Positions 10,587-19,479 of a DNA stretch of 64,000 nucleotides are shown here, piece after piece. A program made the position numbers and the translations under genes. Numbering within the stretch: the stretch's first letter is position 1; each line of letters opens with the position of its first letter. The notes beneath the pieces were generated by a model. That model saw only the letters and a program-made list of their open reading frames with translations. It had not been told where the DNA came from and did no database searches. Source of the stretch: Planctomycetota bacterium (GTDB taxonomy: Bacteria > Planctomycetota > PLA2 > JAEUHO01); NCBI GenBank assembly GCA_965222115.1, contig CBDCTJ010000007.1:2432001-2496000 (forward strand). Reading direction: 5' to 3'.

Positions 10587-11603
10587 ATGCGACGTACCCA
10601 TTTGTTCACTGCTTTGATTGCATCGACGGTTCTGGTGGTCATCGATGGCAGCCTGAACGCTCACGCCCGTTCGCCCGCCGAAGTCACACACGACGTGGAA
10701 ACTCGATCCTCATTCGGACCCGACGATTCGGATCATGGATGGACGAGTAACGACGGCGCCCAGGCACTTGAGGTGGAATCGGGTGTGTTGCTTGTCAAAG
10801 ACATTTCAGACGACTGGCACTGGCTTACAGCGCCTAAGAAGTTCCACGGCAATTGGCGGGACGTCGATCATATCCAGTTTCGCGTACGCGCGGATCATCG
10901 CCGGGACACGAGCGAGGCCATCGTGGTACAGATTGCAGGTGATGGGGGCGTGGCCACGCAAGAACTCCACAGCCGATTGGTTTTACGTGGTACGTGGCGT
11001 ACCGTACGTGTACCGCTTAAACCGGTGTATTGGCGCGTCAAGGGGTCATGGCCGGACATCGTCAAGAACGTCGCTCGCTTTCGCCTACGGCTCGATCTCA
11101 ATGGCAGCAACGGCGGGGGGGAAGTCGTGAGTCTCGACGATGTGCGATTGGTGAAGTCAAGGTCGCGATCCATGGCAAGCGATCTCAAGGGATGGCGTGC
11201 GCGGGGCGGTACCGTCCGCGTCGATGGCGAGCAACTCCTTGTGGAAGACACTGCGCAGGGTTGGTGTTGGCTTCGTGCGCCCGAGTCGTTTCGTCGAGAC
11301 TGGCGTGAGGCCAAACATCTCACGATACGCGTGCTGCCGGATCCAGAACAGGTCGTCAATCAGACGATGCGCATTCAAATAGAGGGTTCCTTTGGCATGG
11401 CCTATCGAGACATACCCACAAGTAGATTTTCCCCGGGCAACGAATCACGAATCGACGTTCCGCTCTCTCATCATGGTTGGGTCGTGAGCGGCAACTGGCA
11501 CGAAATCACCAAGCATGTATCCGACTTCTGGATTCGCGTTGACTTGACTGCGCACAAGGGCCGCGGCGAGGTAACTCGAATTGTGGATATACGCGTTGAG
11601 TAA
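10587..11603 (+). CDS. Secreted protein with two tandem laminin-B (domain IV)-like beta-sandwich repeats
   Basis: GAGGAGG SD; signal peptide; internal duplication WHWLTAPKKFHGNW / WCWLRAPESFRRDW. Confidence 0.6.
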   Translation: MRRTHLFTALIASTVLVVIDGSLNAHARSPAEVTHDVETRSSFGPDDSDHGWTSNDGAQALEVESGVLLVKDISDDWHWLTAPKKFHGNWRDVDHIQFRVRADHRRDTSEAIVVQIAGDGGVATQELHSRLVLRGTWRTVRVPLKPVYWRVKGSWPDIVKNVARFRLRLDLNGSNGGGEVVSLDDVRLVKSRSRSMASDLKGWRARGGTVRVDGEQLLVEDTAQGWCWLRAPESFRRDWREAKHLTIRVLPDPEQVVNQTMRIQIEGSFGMAYRDIPTSRFSPGNESRIDVPLSHHGWVVSGNWHEITKHVSDFWIRVDLTAHKGRGEVTRIVDIRVE

Positions 11604-11957
11604 CTAATCTCATGACCGATTACTTCATTCCGTCCACGTCCACCCTTCGATGCGCACCGTGTGGATCAAGGATCCGCTTGTGCTTACTCAGGGTCTCGTG
11701 CAGATGAACTCTGCTCATCTGATCTCGACGTCCACGTCCACGTTAAGGCGGTGCGAATCGTTTATCGGACGCCTGCCCTTGAGTACGGGTTATGGGTAGC
11801 GGGTGACGGGAGTTTGGAAGGCGCAACCGGTTGCTCCAGCGCGATCGGTACGCGCGCGCGCCGCTTGTGATGGAACTCCAGCTTGAGAACGAGTTGGCGT
11901 TGTGACGCGGGGCTCGGTTTGCGCGAACCGCTCGCGTGTGCCCTCCTTTGCCTTTCC

Positions 11958-12183
11958 TAGGTGAGACCTTTCTTCTTTAAGCTCAAGCCACGTCATATTT
12001 CAAGGCAACTCCACGCACACTCATGTCTCAGCCCGTAACGCTTGCGCTTCGTTTCTTAGCGTTCTTCGTGTGAGCTTCTTCTTCCAAGACCGTCCTGCCA
12101 TCGACAATCGTCAGCATTCACCAATCGCGATCCCCAACGCTTGCGCCTCTCCGCCTCTGCAACGTGGCGCCTCCGCGTGAGGT
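11958..12183 (+). repeat. Dispersed modular repeat, copy A
   Basis: Aligns by eye to the reverse complement of ~41000-41210 and to 42818-42950 (e.g. TGCGCTTCGTTTCTTAGCGTTCTTCGTGTGAGCT, CCCAACGCTTGCGCC). Confidence 0.75.
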
Positions 12184-12241
12184 CGACTGCTCGTGACTCC
12201 ACCAACACCTCCACCCCGGCCGGGATGAACTACGCAGGCGC

Positions 12242-12712
12242 TCAGCAATCCTCATCGCTCGCGGACGCCGTACTCAATGTGTGCAATGCCATCGGTTTGT
12301 CGCCGTGCATGCTTTCGGCGTCATCCTTGCGAACCCAGAGTTCCCAGTCATTGCCATCCGGATCTTTGACCCAGAACTTGTTCGCGACCGCGTAGCAACA
12401 TGTGACAGCGTCTTCGCGTAGCGGGTTTAGGCCCGCGGCTTCCAACTTGGTACCCCACTGCTCGAGGAGCTCATCGGATTCGATCTCGATCCCAAAGTGC
12501 TGTTTGGTTGCTGTGGCCGTATGCCCGAGCTCATGATTGAGCGCCAAGTGAATCGCCGGCGCGTCGAGGCGCCAGTTCGCGTAGTCGGTTTTCACCTTGC
12601 TCGGTACGCGCCCAAAGAGGGTGGTGTAGAAACTCACGCTGGCATCGAGGTCCCGTACGAGCAGGCTGATATGAACACGGGAGGTACTGGGGATTGCTGT
12701 ATTGGGGATCAT
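12242..12712 (-). CDS. ArsI/CadI-family VOC metalloenzyme
   Basis: HISLLVRDLDASVSFY, HFGIE, TCCYA, FWVKDPDGNDWE. Confidence 0.85.
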   Translation of the reverse strand: MIPNTAIPSTSRVHISLLVRDLDASVSFYTTLFGRVPSKVKTDYANWRLDAPAIHLALNHELGHTATATKQHFGIEIESDELLEQWGTKLEAAGLNPLREDAVTCCYAVANKFWVKDPDGNDWELWVRKDDAESMHGDKPMALHTLSTASASDEDC

Positions 12713-12800
12713 GCGCGTAGGTCCTCGCGAGGGGCAAACCGGTCCGAAACCCTCATTCTACCGCACACCCAGCCGGCCTCGATTCTCGGAAATGCAGTCT

Positions 12801-12828
12801 TTGCACCCCGTCGTTTCGCCCGTATCCT
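12801..12828 (+). promoter_or_regulatory. Putative sigma70 promoter of tRNA-Ala
   Basis: TTGCAC-16 nt-TATCCT followed by a GC-rich discriminator just upstream of the tRNA. Confidence 0.45.
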
Positions 12829-12843
12829 CACGCCCCTCCACAC

Positions 12844-12920
12844 GGGGGCATAGCTCAGCTGGCTAGAGCACTGGCTTTGCAAGCCAGGGGTCAAGGGTTC
12901 GAATCCCTTTGCCTCCACCA
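12844..12920 (+). tRNA. tRNA-Ala(UGC)
   Basis: Cloverleaf with GGGGGCA/TGCCTCC acceptor stem (G3:U70), anticodon arm CTGGC-TTTGCAA-GCCAG, TTCGAAT T-loop, encoded CCA. Confidence 0.97.
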
Positions 12921-14260
12921 CTTTCAATCCCGCAACAAACCAACGTTTCATCGGGTTCGTTGCGGGTTTCGCGTCGATCGCCTTCTGCGTTCCGCCTGTC
13001 CACTTGGTTGCAACCAGATGAGACCGAATGCACCGAAATGGCACCAGAAGGGGTACAAATTGGAGCACAGTCTGCTGCGTCTCCAGAGGCGAGCATCTCG
13101 CCGATCACATGAACGGATTCGGGCGCATTTACAGCCGAGCGGTGATCGAGCAAGCGCGGATCTGTATAGACCGACATCGTCGTTTCAATGTTGGCATGAC
13201 GCGCAAGATGCTGTGTTACTTGCGGGTCTACTTTCGCAGCACGCAGCCCGGTGACGAATGTGCATCGAAGGCTATGGAAATCTACGTAGCGGCCTTGCAT
13301 ATCCTGATACGCGATACCGGCCGCCTCCAAATCCTTGCGCATCGTACGCATGACAGGAATCCACCCAGAAGGAAACACCTTCGCATCTGGATTGTTCACT
13401 TCCGCTGACCGTTGTCGAAGGGCTGGCGCGAGGCAGGAGGGAAACGATGCGTACTGTTCCCGCCTGCTCTTGGCATTGGCGGCACGAATTCGAATCGTCT
13501 CACGCTCCAAATCGACGTCGGCCCATGTGATTGACCCGAGTTCTTTCCTGCGTATTCCGGTAAGGGCCGCGAATCCGTAGAGAAATGAGCGGCGAGAACC
13601 TTCCTTTGTCAATCGCACGCGCTCTTTTCCCGTGACTCCCTTGTGGATACGCGTCTTCAACGCATAGTCGAGCGGTCTAGCAGCGGCCGCCTGTATCAGC
13701 CTGGCGAGTTCTTCGGGCGCCAACGCTCTTCGCTCCCTAGCCCGATCCTCTGCCTCATTCCTCGGCTTGAGGGCCGTAAACGGATCTCTGCGCACCCGTT
13801 GATGTCGGTGGAGCCAGCGCCCGAACTGCCGAAGCGCCTGATAATGGCGGTTCACAGAGCGAGCGCGGAGGCCCTGATTTCCGATATCCGAGAGCCACCT
13901 CGCTGCGAGCGCACCGTCAAGTTGATCCAGCGATGTCAGCCGCGTATCTGTAACGAATCGGCGTAGACACTTCATACGGTCTGTGAAGTGTCCGTCGCTC
14001 ACTCGCCTTGACCGCAGTGCAGACTCAAAGTCAAGCACATGTTGCGCGAGGGGGCGCGTCGAATGCTCGTCAAAGTGATCCGTGAGCCCCGCAGCTTTCC
14101 GCTGTTCGGTGCGAATCATCTCAGCCTCGCGTGCTCCAGCCGCCCGCTTGTCAGTTAGCCCGGTTGACTTTCGAAATTTGCGGCCCTCAACACTGAAACG
14201 CGTCCACCAAACAGGCGAGAGCCTTCCCGACTTTGGGTTCTTGCGTCGATAGAGGCTCAT
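12863..14260 (-). CDS. int: Tyrosine recombinase/integrase
   Basis: Arm-binding N-terminus (WWTRF...RKSTGLTDKRAA); catalytic R (TGIRRKEL), K (NAKS), HxxR (FHSLR), H (ARH), Y (SVYT); the frame runs antisense through the tRNA 3' half. Confidence 0.95.
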   Translation of the reverse strand: MSLYRRKNPKSGRLSPVWWTRFSVEGRKFRKSTGLTDKRAAGAREAEMIRTEQRKAAGLTDHFDEHSTRPLAQHVLDFESALRSRRVSDGHFTDRMKCLRRFVTDTRLTSLDQLDGALAARWLSDIGNQGLRARSVNRHYQALRQFGRWLHRHQRVRRDPFTALKPRNEAEDRARERRALAPEELARLIQAAAARPLDYALKTRIHKGVTGKERVRLTKEGSRRSFLYGFAALTGIRRKELGSITWADVDLERETIRIRAANAKSRREQYASFPSCLAPALRQRSAEVNNPDAKVFPSGWIPVMRTMRKDLEAAGIAYQDMQGRYVDFHSLRCTFVTGLRAAKVDPQVTQHLARHANIETTMSVYTDPRLLDHRSAVNAPESVHVIGEMLASGDAADCAPICTPSGAISVHSVSSGCNQVDRRNAEGDRRETRNEPDETLVCCGIESGGGKGIRTLDPWLAKPVL

Positions 14261-14496
14261 CGCTTCCTTCCTCTCTGCTTCTCTAGAGCTTTCAAGCCAA
14301 TATCCAACGCCTCGCGGAATATAACGCTACGACTAATGGGCTTGTCCTTCGTACCGTGCCGCCTCTGCAGCCGCTTGGCCCGTTTCACAAGGTCCGCCGG
14401 AAGCCTCATGCTCACGAGCATTTCAGAAACGGTGCCGTACGGCTCTTTCTCGATTCGATTCTTCATAGGCATGAGTGTATCACAGATTGGTTTCAT
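14257..14496 (-). CDS. Ribbon-helix-helix (CopG-like) DNA-binding protein
   Basis: LVSMRLPADLV...ISRSVIFREAL; ATGA overlaps with xis upstream and int downstream. Confidence 0.7.
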   Translation of the reverse strand: MKPICDTLMPMKNRIEKEPYGTVSEMLVSMRLPADLVKRAKRLQRRHGTKDKPISRSVIFREALDIGLKALEKQRGRKR

Positions 14497-14705
14497 GGTC
14501 GATGCGTCCTTTCATCTATGTAGTGCTCCAGGTGTCCGGGGCGGACCATGATTCGTTTCGGTGAGACGCGGACTACGGGAAACGAGCCACTGGCGATTCG
14601 TGCTCGCAGAGTCCGTTCTGATAAGCCGAGGATCTTGGCGGTTTCCTTAACCGTGAGCAGGGGTCGGGGCGCTCCCTGCGGTTTTTGGCGGCTTCTAGGT
14701 TGCAT
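14493..14705 (-). CDS. xis: Excisionase-like HTH protein
   Basis: LLTVKETAKILGLSERTLRARIASG; GAGGGGG SD before ATG 14705. Confidence 0.85.
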   Translation of the reverse strand: MQPRSRQKPQGAPRPLLTVKETAKILGLSERTLRARIASGSFPVVRVSPKRIMVRPGHLEHYIDERTHRP

Positions 14706-14833
14706 GGCCGTCCCCCTCTTCTCTTGCAAGGGGTTGTGTCCCTCAACGAGTTTCTGTCCGGTTGAGGACCTGAAATAGGGGTTGATAACGGCCTCTCCCA
14801 TTCGCTGCATAGGTGCGGCAGAAAGGGAGAGCG

Positions 14834-16156
14834 ATGAGCGAGAAACAGAGGTCAGATCGAGGATCGTCAGGCAAGGGGCGCGACGGGGGCGGGAAAGAGT
14901 TCCGTCCGCCGAGGCGCAATCGTTCGGTGGGAACGCGACGTCCCGGTTCCAAGGGGGAGTACTCTGGGGAAGAGCGGTTGTTGCTGTTGGACACATGGCA
15001 GCGATCGGGCTTGCCGGCGACGGAGTTTGGTCGCTTGGTGGGCATCACGCCTCAGACGTTGAGTCGTTGGAAGCAACGGTTTGATGCAGAAGGCCCTGCC
15101 GGGCTATTGGGCTATCGCCGTGGTCAGCGAGGCAGCCGCCTGCCGGAACATGTGCGTCGAGCCATTTTGATGTTGAAGGAACAGCATCCGGATTGGGGGC
15201 AAGACCGCATTCACGACATGTTGCTGCGCTCCCAAGGTCTGCAAGCCAGCGCGGGCGCGGTGCAGCGGGTGTTGAAGGAGGCGGGGTACGAGGTCCATGC
15301 TTTTCGGACGAGGCCCAACCCACCCAAGCCTCAGCGTTTTGAGCGCTCTCGTCCCAACGATCTTTGGCAAACCGATCTGTTCAGCTTTGTGCTCAAGCGC
15401 CAACGCCGCCGTGTGCACCTGGTTGCTTACATGGACGATCATTCCCGCTTCATCGTTGGGTATGGGCTGCATGCATCGGCTTCGGGCGCGCTTGTGCGCG
15501 AGGTGTTTGAGTCCTCGATTGCCAACTTTGGCGCGCCGAAGGAGATTTTGACCGACAACGGGACGCAGTTTCAGACGTGGCGTGGGAAGAGTGCGTTTAC
15601 CAAGCTCTGCGAGCGGCGAGGCATTAAGCAAGTTGTGGCGCGTCCACGGCGTCCGCAGACGCTGGGCAAGATCGAACGATTTTGGGGCACGATTCATCGG
15701 GAGATGATTCAAGCCGCCATTTTCCGTGACCTGGACGAGGCGCGCGAGCGCATTGCGCACTTTGTGGGCTATTACAACTTTCAACGCACCCATCAAGGGA
15801 TCGACGGCTTGGTACCGGCGGATCGCTACTTCGAGGCGGTGCCCGAGATACGCGCCACCATCGAGGCGAACGTGGCCAAGAACGCCAAAGAACTTTCCCT
15901 TCAAGGCAAACCGCGTAAGCATGTGTATTTGACGGGGCGTGTGGGTGAGGAGTCGATCTCGCTTCATACCGAGGGCACGAAGGTTGTACTCACGGGCGAA
16001 GAGGGTGTTCGCGAGGAAGTGGATCTTTCTGCGCCCGGGCGCCGTGTGTCGCTTGAGGCGTCGGATCCGGGCACGAGTTCATTGGATGAGGTGCTAACGG
16101 AACTTGAGACATTGACGCCGAGCGAGGCGAACGACGAGGAGGGAGGTGCAAGATGA
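14834..16156 (+). CDS. IS481-family DDE transposase
   Basis: N-terminal HTHs; WQTD, MDDHSRF, LTDNGTQF, GKIERFW. Confidence 0.9.
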   Translation: MSEKQRSDRGSSGKGRDGGGKEFRPPRRNRSVGTRRPGSKGEYSGEERLLLLDTWQRSGLPATEFGRLVGITPQTLSRWKQRFDAEGPAGLLGYRRGQRGSRLPEHVRRAILMLKEQHPDWGQDRIHDMLLRSQGLQASAGAVQRVLKEAGYEVHAFRTRPNPPKPQRFERSRPNDLWQTDLFSFVLKRQRRRVHLVAYMDDHSRFIVGYGLHASASGALVREVFESSIANFGAPKEILTDNGTQFQTWRGKSAFTKLCERRGIKQVVARPRRPQTLGKIERFWGTIHREMIQAAIFRDLDEARERIAHFVGYYNFQRTHQGIDGLVPADRYFEAVPEIRATIEANVAKNAKELSLQGKPRKHVYLTGRVGEESISLHTEGTKVVLTGEEGVREEVDLSAPGRRVSLEASDPGTSSLDEVLTELETLTPSEANDEEGGAR

Positions 16157-16611
16157 CCAAGGGACTTGCAGCGCTTCAAGGGAGCAAAGCGGCGAAGCGT
16201 TTCATGCTGGTGCTGTTGGAGGCACTGTCGGGCGCGTGCAGCACGACGGAAGCGGCCAAGCGCTTGGAGATCTCCAGTGCGCGGTACTACCAACTGGAGC
16301 TGCGTGCGCTTCAGGGAATGATGAGTGCGCTTGAGCCGCGTTGTAGGGGACGGCAGAACACGCCCGAGCGCATGATTTTGATGCTTGAGAAGGAGAAGCG
16401 TGATCTGGCACTGGAGCTACGACGTGCGCAGAACTTGTTGCGCGCGGCGCGGCGTACGGTGGGCATCAAAGCGTCGAAGAAGCGTGCGGGCACGAAGAAA
16501 AAGCGACGACGTAAGAAGCCACGGGCGCGCGTGGTGCTGGAGACGTTACGAGCAAAGGAGGTGGGCGATGGGTCGACGCAGCCAGACCGAACCCCTCATT
16601 CAGGCGCTTGA
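16153..16611 (+). CDS. HTH/coiled-coil accessory protein of the IS
   Basis: LEALSGACSTTEAAKRLEISSARYYQLE...ALEP; ATGA-coupled to the transposase. Confidence 0.75.
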   Translation: MTKGLAALQGSKAAKRFMLVLLEALSGACSTTEAAKRLEISSARYYQLELRALQGMMSALEPRCRGRQNTPERMILMLEKEKRDLALELRRAQNLLRAARRTVGIKASKKRAGTKKKRRRKKPRARVVLETLRAKEVGDGSTQPDRTPHSGA

Positions 16612-16969
16612 TGCCAGTGAGCTGGCGCGCGAGCGCGTAACGATCATTCTTCTCACGCTAACGGGTGATTGGAGCGTGGCCGATGCGATGGAGCGGCTCT
16701 CGATTTCGCGCACACGGTTCCAGGATCTTCGAAGGACGATGTTGCAAGCGGCACTGTTCGCGTTGGAACCGGGCCGAGCCGGACGCCCGCCTCGATCACG
16801 TGATCCGCGTAAAGAGGCCATGGAGTCATTGCGCAAAGAGATCGCGACCTTGGAACAGGATCTCAAACGCACGCGTGTGCAACTCGAGCTTGCTCGGGGT
16901 CCAGCGGCCAAAGCGATCCAGCGTCGATTGGAGAGTGCGTTTCTTTCCAAGACCTGGAGCAAGAAATGA
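16568..16969 (+). CDS. Second HTH/coiled-coil accessory protein, paralogue of the previous ORF
   Basis: AGGAGG SD; LLTLTGDWSVADAMERLSISRTRFQDLR...ALEP. Confidence 0.75.
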   Translation: MGRRSQTEPLIQALDASELARERVTIILLTLTGDWSVADAMERLSISRTRFQDLRRTMLQAALFALEPGRAGRPPRSRDPRKEAMESLRKEIATLEQDLKRTRVQLELARGPAAKAIQRRLESAFLSKTWSKK

Positions 16970-18084
16970 AAGTCTACGTCAGTTCCCAAGCGCAGTGCGC
17001 CCACGACCGCCGTGATCGCGCCGTGCAGGTGGTGCGAGCGGCCGCGCCTCAGGTGCGCGTTGCGGTGCGCAACGCGGTCGCCAGCACCGACCAGGTAAGT
17101 GAGCGAAGCATTCGGCGTTGGGATCAGCGTGAGCGCGAAGGCACACTGAAGCCTAAGAATCGTGGCCCCAAGCCGCGTGCCGTTGATCGGGACACGCGTC
17201 AAGGCGTGATTCTCCTCATGCTCGCCCTTGGGCCCTGCGCGGGTGTTGCACAGATTCGCTCGATGTTCGAAGAGGTTCCCTATCGCATGATCACAAGCAT
17301 GAAGAAGCGCCTAAAGCGCGTCCGGGAACGGCGTCGCGGACTGTACGAGCGGCGACTCAAGTGGATGCGTGCGGGCACGACATGGGCGATGGACTTTACC
17401 AAGCCCACCGCCAAACTTCCCGACGGCTACAAATGCTTGCTTGTGGTTCGCGACTTGGCGAGCGGGATGCGATTGACGTGTGTGCTGTGCAAAGGGGAGC
17501 GAACCAGCGAAGTGCTAAAGTGTCTGCGAACCCTCTTCGCGGCCTATGAGCCGCCGCTTGTGATGAAGCACGACGGCGGCCCGGCCTTCTTGGCCCACAA
17601 GACGCAGAAACTCCTAGAGTCCCGTGGCGTTGCGTCGTTGCGCTCGCCGGCCTACACGCCTTCGTACAACGGATCCGTGGAGCGCAGCCTTGGGTGGATG
17701 AAAAAGCGCATACAACACATCGCCCACCGCGAGGGCCATCCGGGCATCTGGGGCGCATGGGACATCGAACATGCACGGCGCCAAGCAAACGGAACGCTGC
17801 GCCCGTGGGGTCCAAGAGGACCTTCACCGATCGAGGCGTTTATGCAACGTGATCCCATTACGCCAATCGACCGAGAGGCATTCAAGCGTGCCGTCGATGA
17901 AGAAGCACAGCGTCAACTCGTAGCACACGCGCGAGATCCACGTAAGATGGATCGACCGATTGCGATGGACGTGCTGAAACGAAGATCAATCACACATGCG
18001 TTACAAAAACTCAAGTACTTAACGATTCGGAGAGGCCGAATATCAACACCCATTTCCCCAGAGCAACCGGACAGAAACTCGTGA
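16966..18084 (+). CDS. Second DDE (rve integrase-core) transposase
   Basis: WAMDFT, VRDLASG, KHDGGPAF, YNGSVER; stop codon lies within the right IR. Confidence 0.85.
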   Translation: MKVYVSSQAQCAHDRRDRAVQVVRAAAPQVRVAVRNAVASTDQVSERSIRRWDQREREGTLKPKNRGPKPRAVDRDTRQGVILLMLALGPCAGVAQIRSMFEEVPYRMITSMKKRLKRVRERRRGLYERRLKWMRAGTTWAMDFTKPTAKLPDGYKCLLVVRDLASGMRLTCVLCKGERTSEVLKCLRTLFAAYEPPLVMKHDGGPAFLAHKTQKLLESRGVASLRSPAYTPSYNGSVERSLGWMKKRIQHIAHREGHPGIWGAWDIEHARRQANGTLRPWGPRGPSPIEAFMQRDPITPIDREAFKRAVDEEAQRQLVAHARDPRKMDRPIAMDVLKRRSITHALQKLKYLTIRRGRISTPISPEQPDRNS

Positions 18085-18093
18085 GGGACACAT

Positions 18094-18585
18094 GTAATCC
18101 GTGGATGGGACTCCTCTCCAGGGTCAGAAATTAGAGTCGACGAAGTTGAACTTGACGAGGAATCAGAGAAGTCTGAAACCGATCAGCGAGACGAGCATAA
18201 GAAAGAGGTTTTGGCGGATCTCGCCGCGGAACTCCGCACTCTAATAGAAGCTCAGTATAACTACAGGGTTCGACTGGCTCGCTTGCTAGACATTCAGGCT
18301 AGATATGAAGAGTCTAAGTCTAATCAGCCAGACCCTAGTCCCCCGCCAACGTCGCTTCCACCCAAGGACAGTCCGCCAACTTCTCCCAAGGGTGATCTGC
18401 CAGTGTATCCTCCCAACCAGCCAGGCCCGGCTTTCGGGCCCTATTTTCCCGGCCCATGGGGTTATCCTATCCCTCCTCCATGGCTATGGCCATTGAGGAG
18501 AACGCAGCCTTGGTGGCCTCAAGCTCTCCCAGATCCGCTCAGATTTTGGGACCGGCGCACGGGCGAAGAGATCTTTCCGTGTTAG
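18094..18585 (+). pseudogene. 5'-truncated gene with Pro-rich C-terminus
   Basis: The frame of ORF 18211-18585 stays open back to the IS right end, with no ATG start. Confidence 0.55.
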
Positions 18586-18598
18586 GCAAATTTGGACA

Positions 18599-19465
18599 GT
18601 GAGAGGCCGTGTTGGTTATGCAGAAAGTTTCGACGCCTCCGGCAAGATCAATGGGAGCCGGTCCTTGATTGTGCCCAATTACAGGTCTAGAGCGACTCTG
18701 TTGTCCGTTATCTTCATTGGAGTCTTGCTTGCATCCCTCTCGGTCGCATGTCCTCAGCTACATAATTCGACTAAGAGTAGACATAAGAGTGAGCCGCATC
18801 GATGCAAACCCACTCGTTTCAAATTCGGAGAATTGACGTCTGCATGGGGTCAATCACAGGTCGCCGCCATGTTGGCGGATCGCCCTCAAATGGCATTGGT
18901 GACTACAGTCGATGGGTCAATTAGAAAACTCAACTCGCGAGACCCTATTTGGATGTGGGCAGTTGAGCAGTTTAGCGAAGAACTCGCAGGTGGGCGAGTT
19001 GCGTGGCGGTCAGAAGAACCTTCTGATGTCCCGAATGGCGTCTTGGGAACGTGTCACTTCAGCCCGAATCGTGGCGGAGGACATATTCGTTTGGCGCGCG
19101 GGAAATTTGAAGAGTTGTGGTCGACGTTCGTGTTCGAAATGCACAATATCAGGAGTAGAGACTTGTTTCTCGCCTTGTACGACCAAGCTCGGAAGCTCGA
19201 AATCTGGGAACGCGACTTCGTAAAATCCGCGATATCAATTGAGCACAAATCTCTACTTGATCTCAAGAGATACTATCGAGAGCATTGGCTACCCTGGGCC
19301 CGCCATAATGATGTCGCGACCGATCCTAGTGAGTGGCATATGGATACGTTGAATTCTGCCATTGAGTGGTTCTATAGGGTGGAAGAGGAAAGGCCGAGCT
19401 ACGTCAAGTATTGGCAAAAAGTGTGGGGGCAACTGGCGCGAATACCCGAACCAGAGAATAAGTAA
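18599..19465 (+). CDS. Hypothetical exported protein (start uncertain)
   Basis: Hydrophobic N-terminal segment; FVFEMHN motif. Confidence 0.6.
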   Translation: MRGRVGYAESFDASGKINGSRSLIVPNYRSRATLLSVIFIGVLLASLSVACPQLHNSTKSRHKSEPHRCKPTRFKFGELTSAWGQSQVAAMLADRPQMALVTTVDGSIRKLNSRDPIWMWAVEQFSEELAGGRVAWRSEEPSDVPNGVLGTCHFSPNRGGGHIRLARGKFEELWSTFVFEMHNIRSRDLFLALYDQARKLEIWERDFVKSAISIEHKSLLDLKRYYREHWLPWARHNDVATDPSEWHMDTLNSAIEWFYRVEEERPSYVKYWQKVWGQLARIPEPENK

Positions 19466-19479
19466 GTCGGGATGCTGGG

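Larger units (their letters stand above)
14735..18092 (+). mobile_element. IS481-like element with four ORFs (two DDE transposases, two HTH proteins)
   Basis: 64-bp imperfect terminal inverted repeats 14735-14798 and 18029-18092 with TGT...ACA ends; the outer ~30 bp are identical except for a one-base indel. Confidence 0.9.

Noticed and set aside
11604-11950. CGTCCACGTCCAC hexamer repeats and short ORFs
   Set aside because: Looks like a degraded remnant; no supportable gene or RNA structure
14735-18092. IS21, Tn7/CAST or Mu-like assignment
   Set aside because: No Walker-motif ATPase, TniQ or Cas protein among the four ORFs
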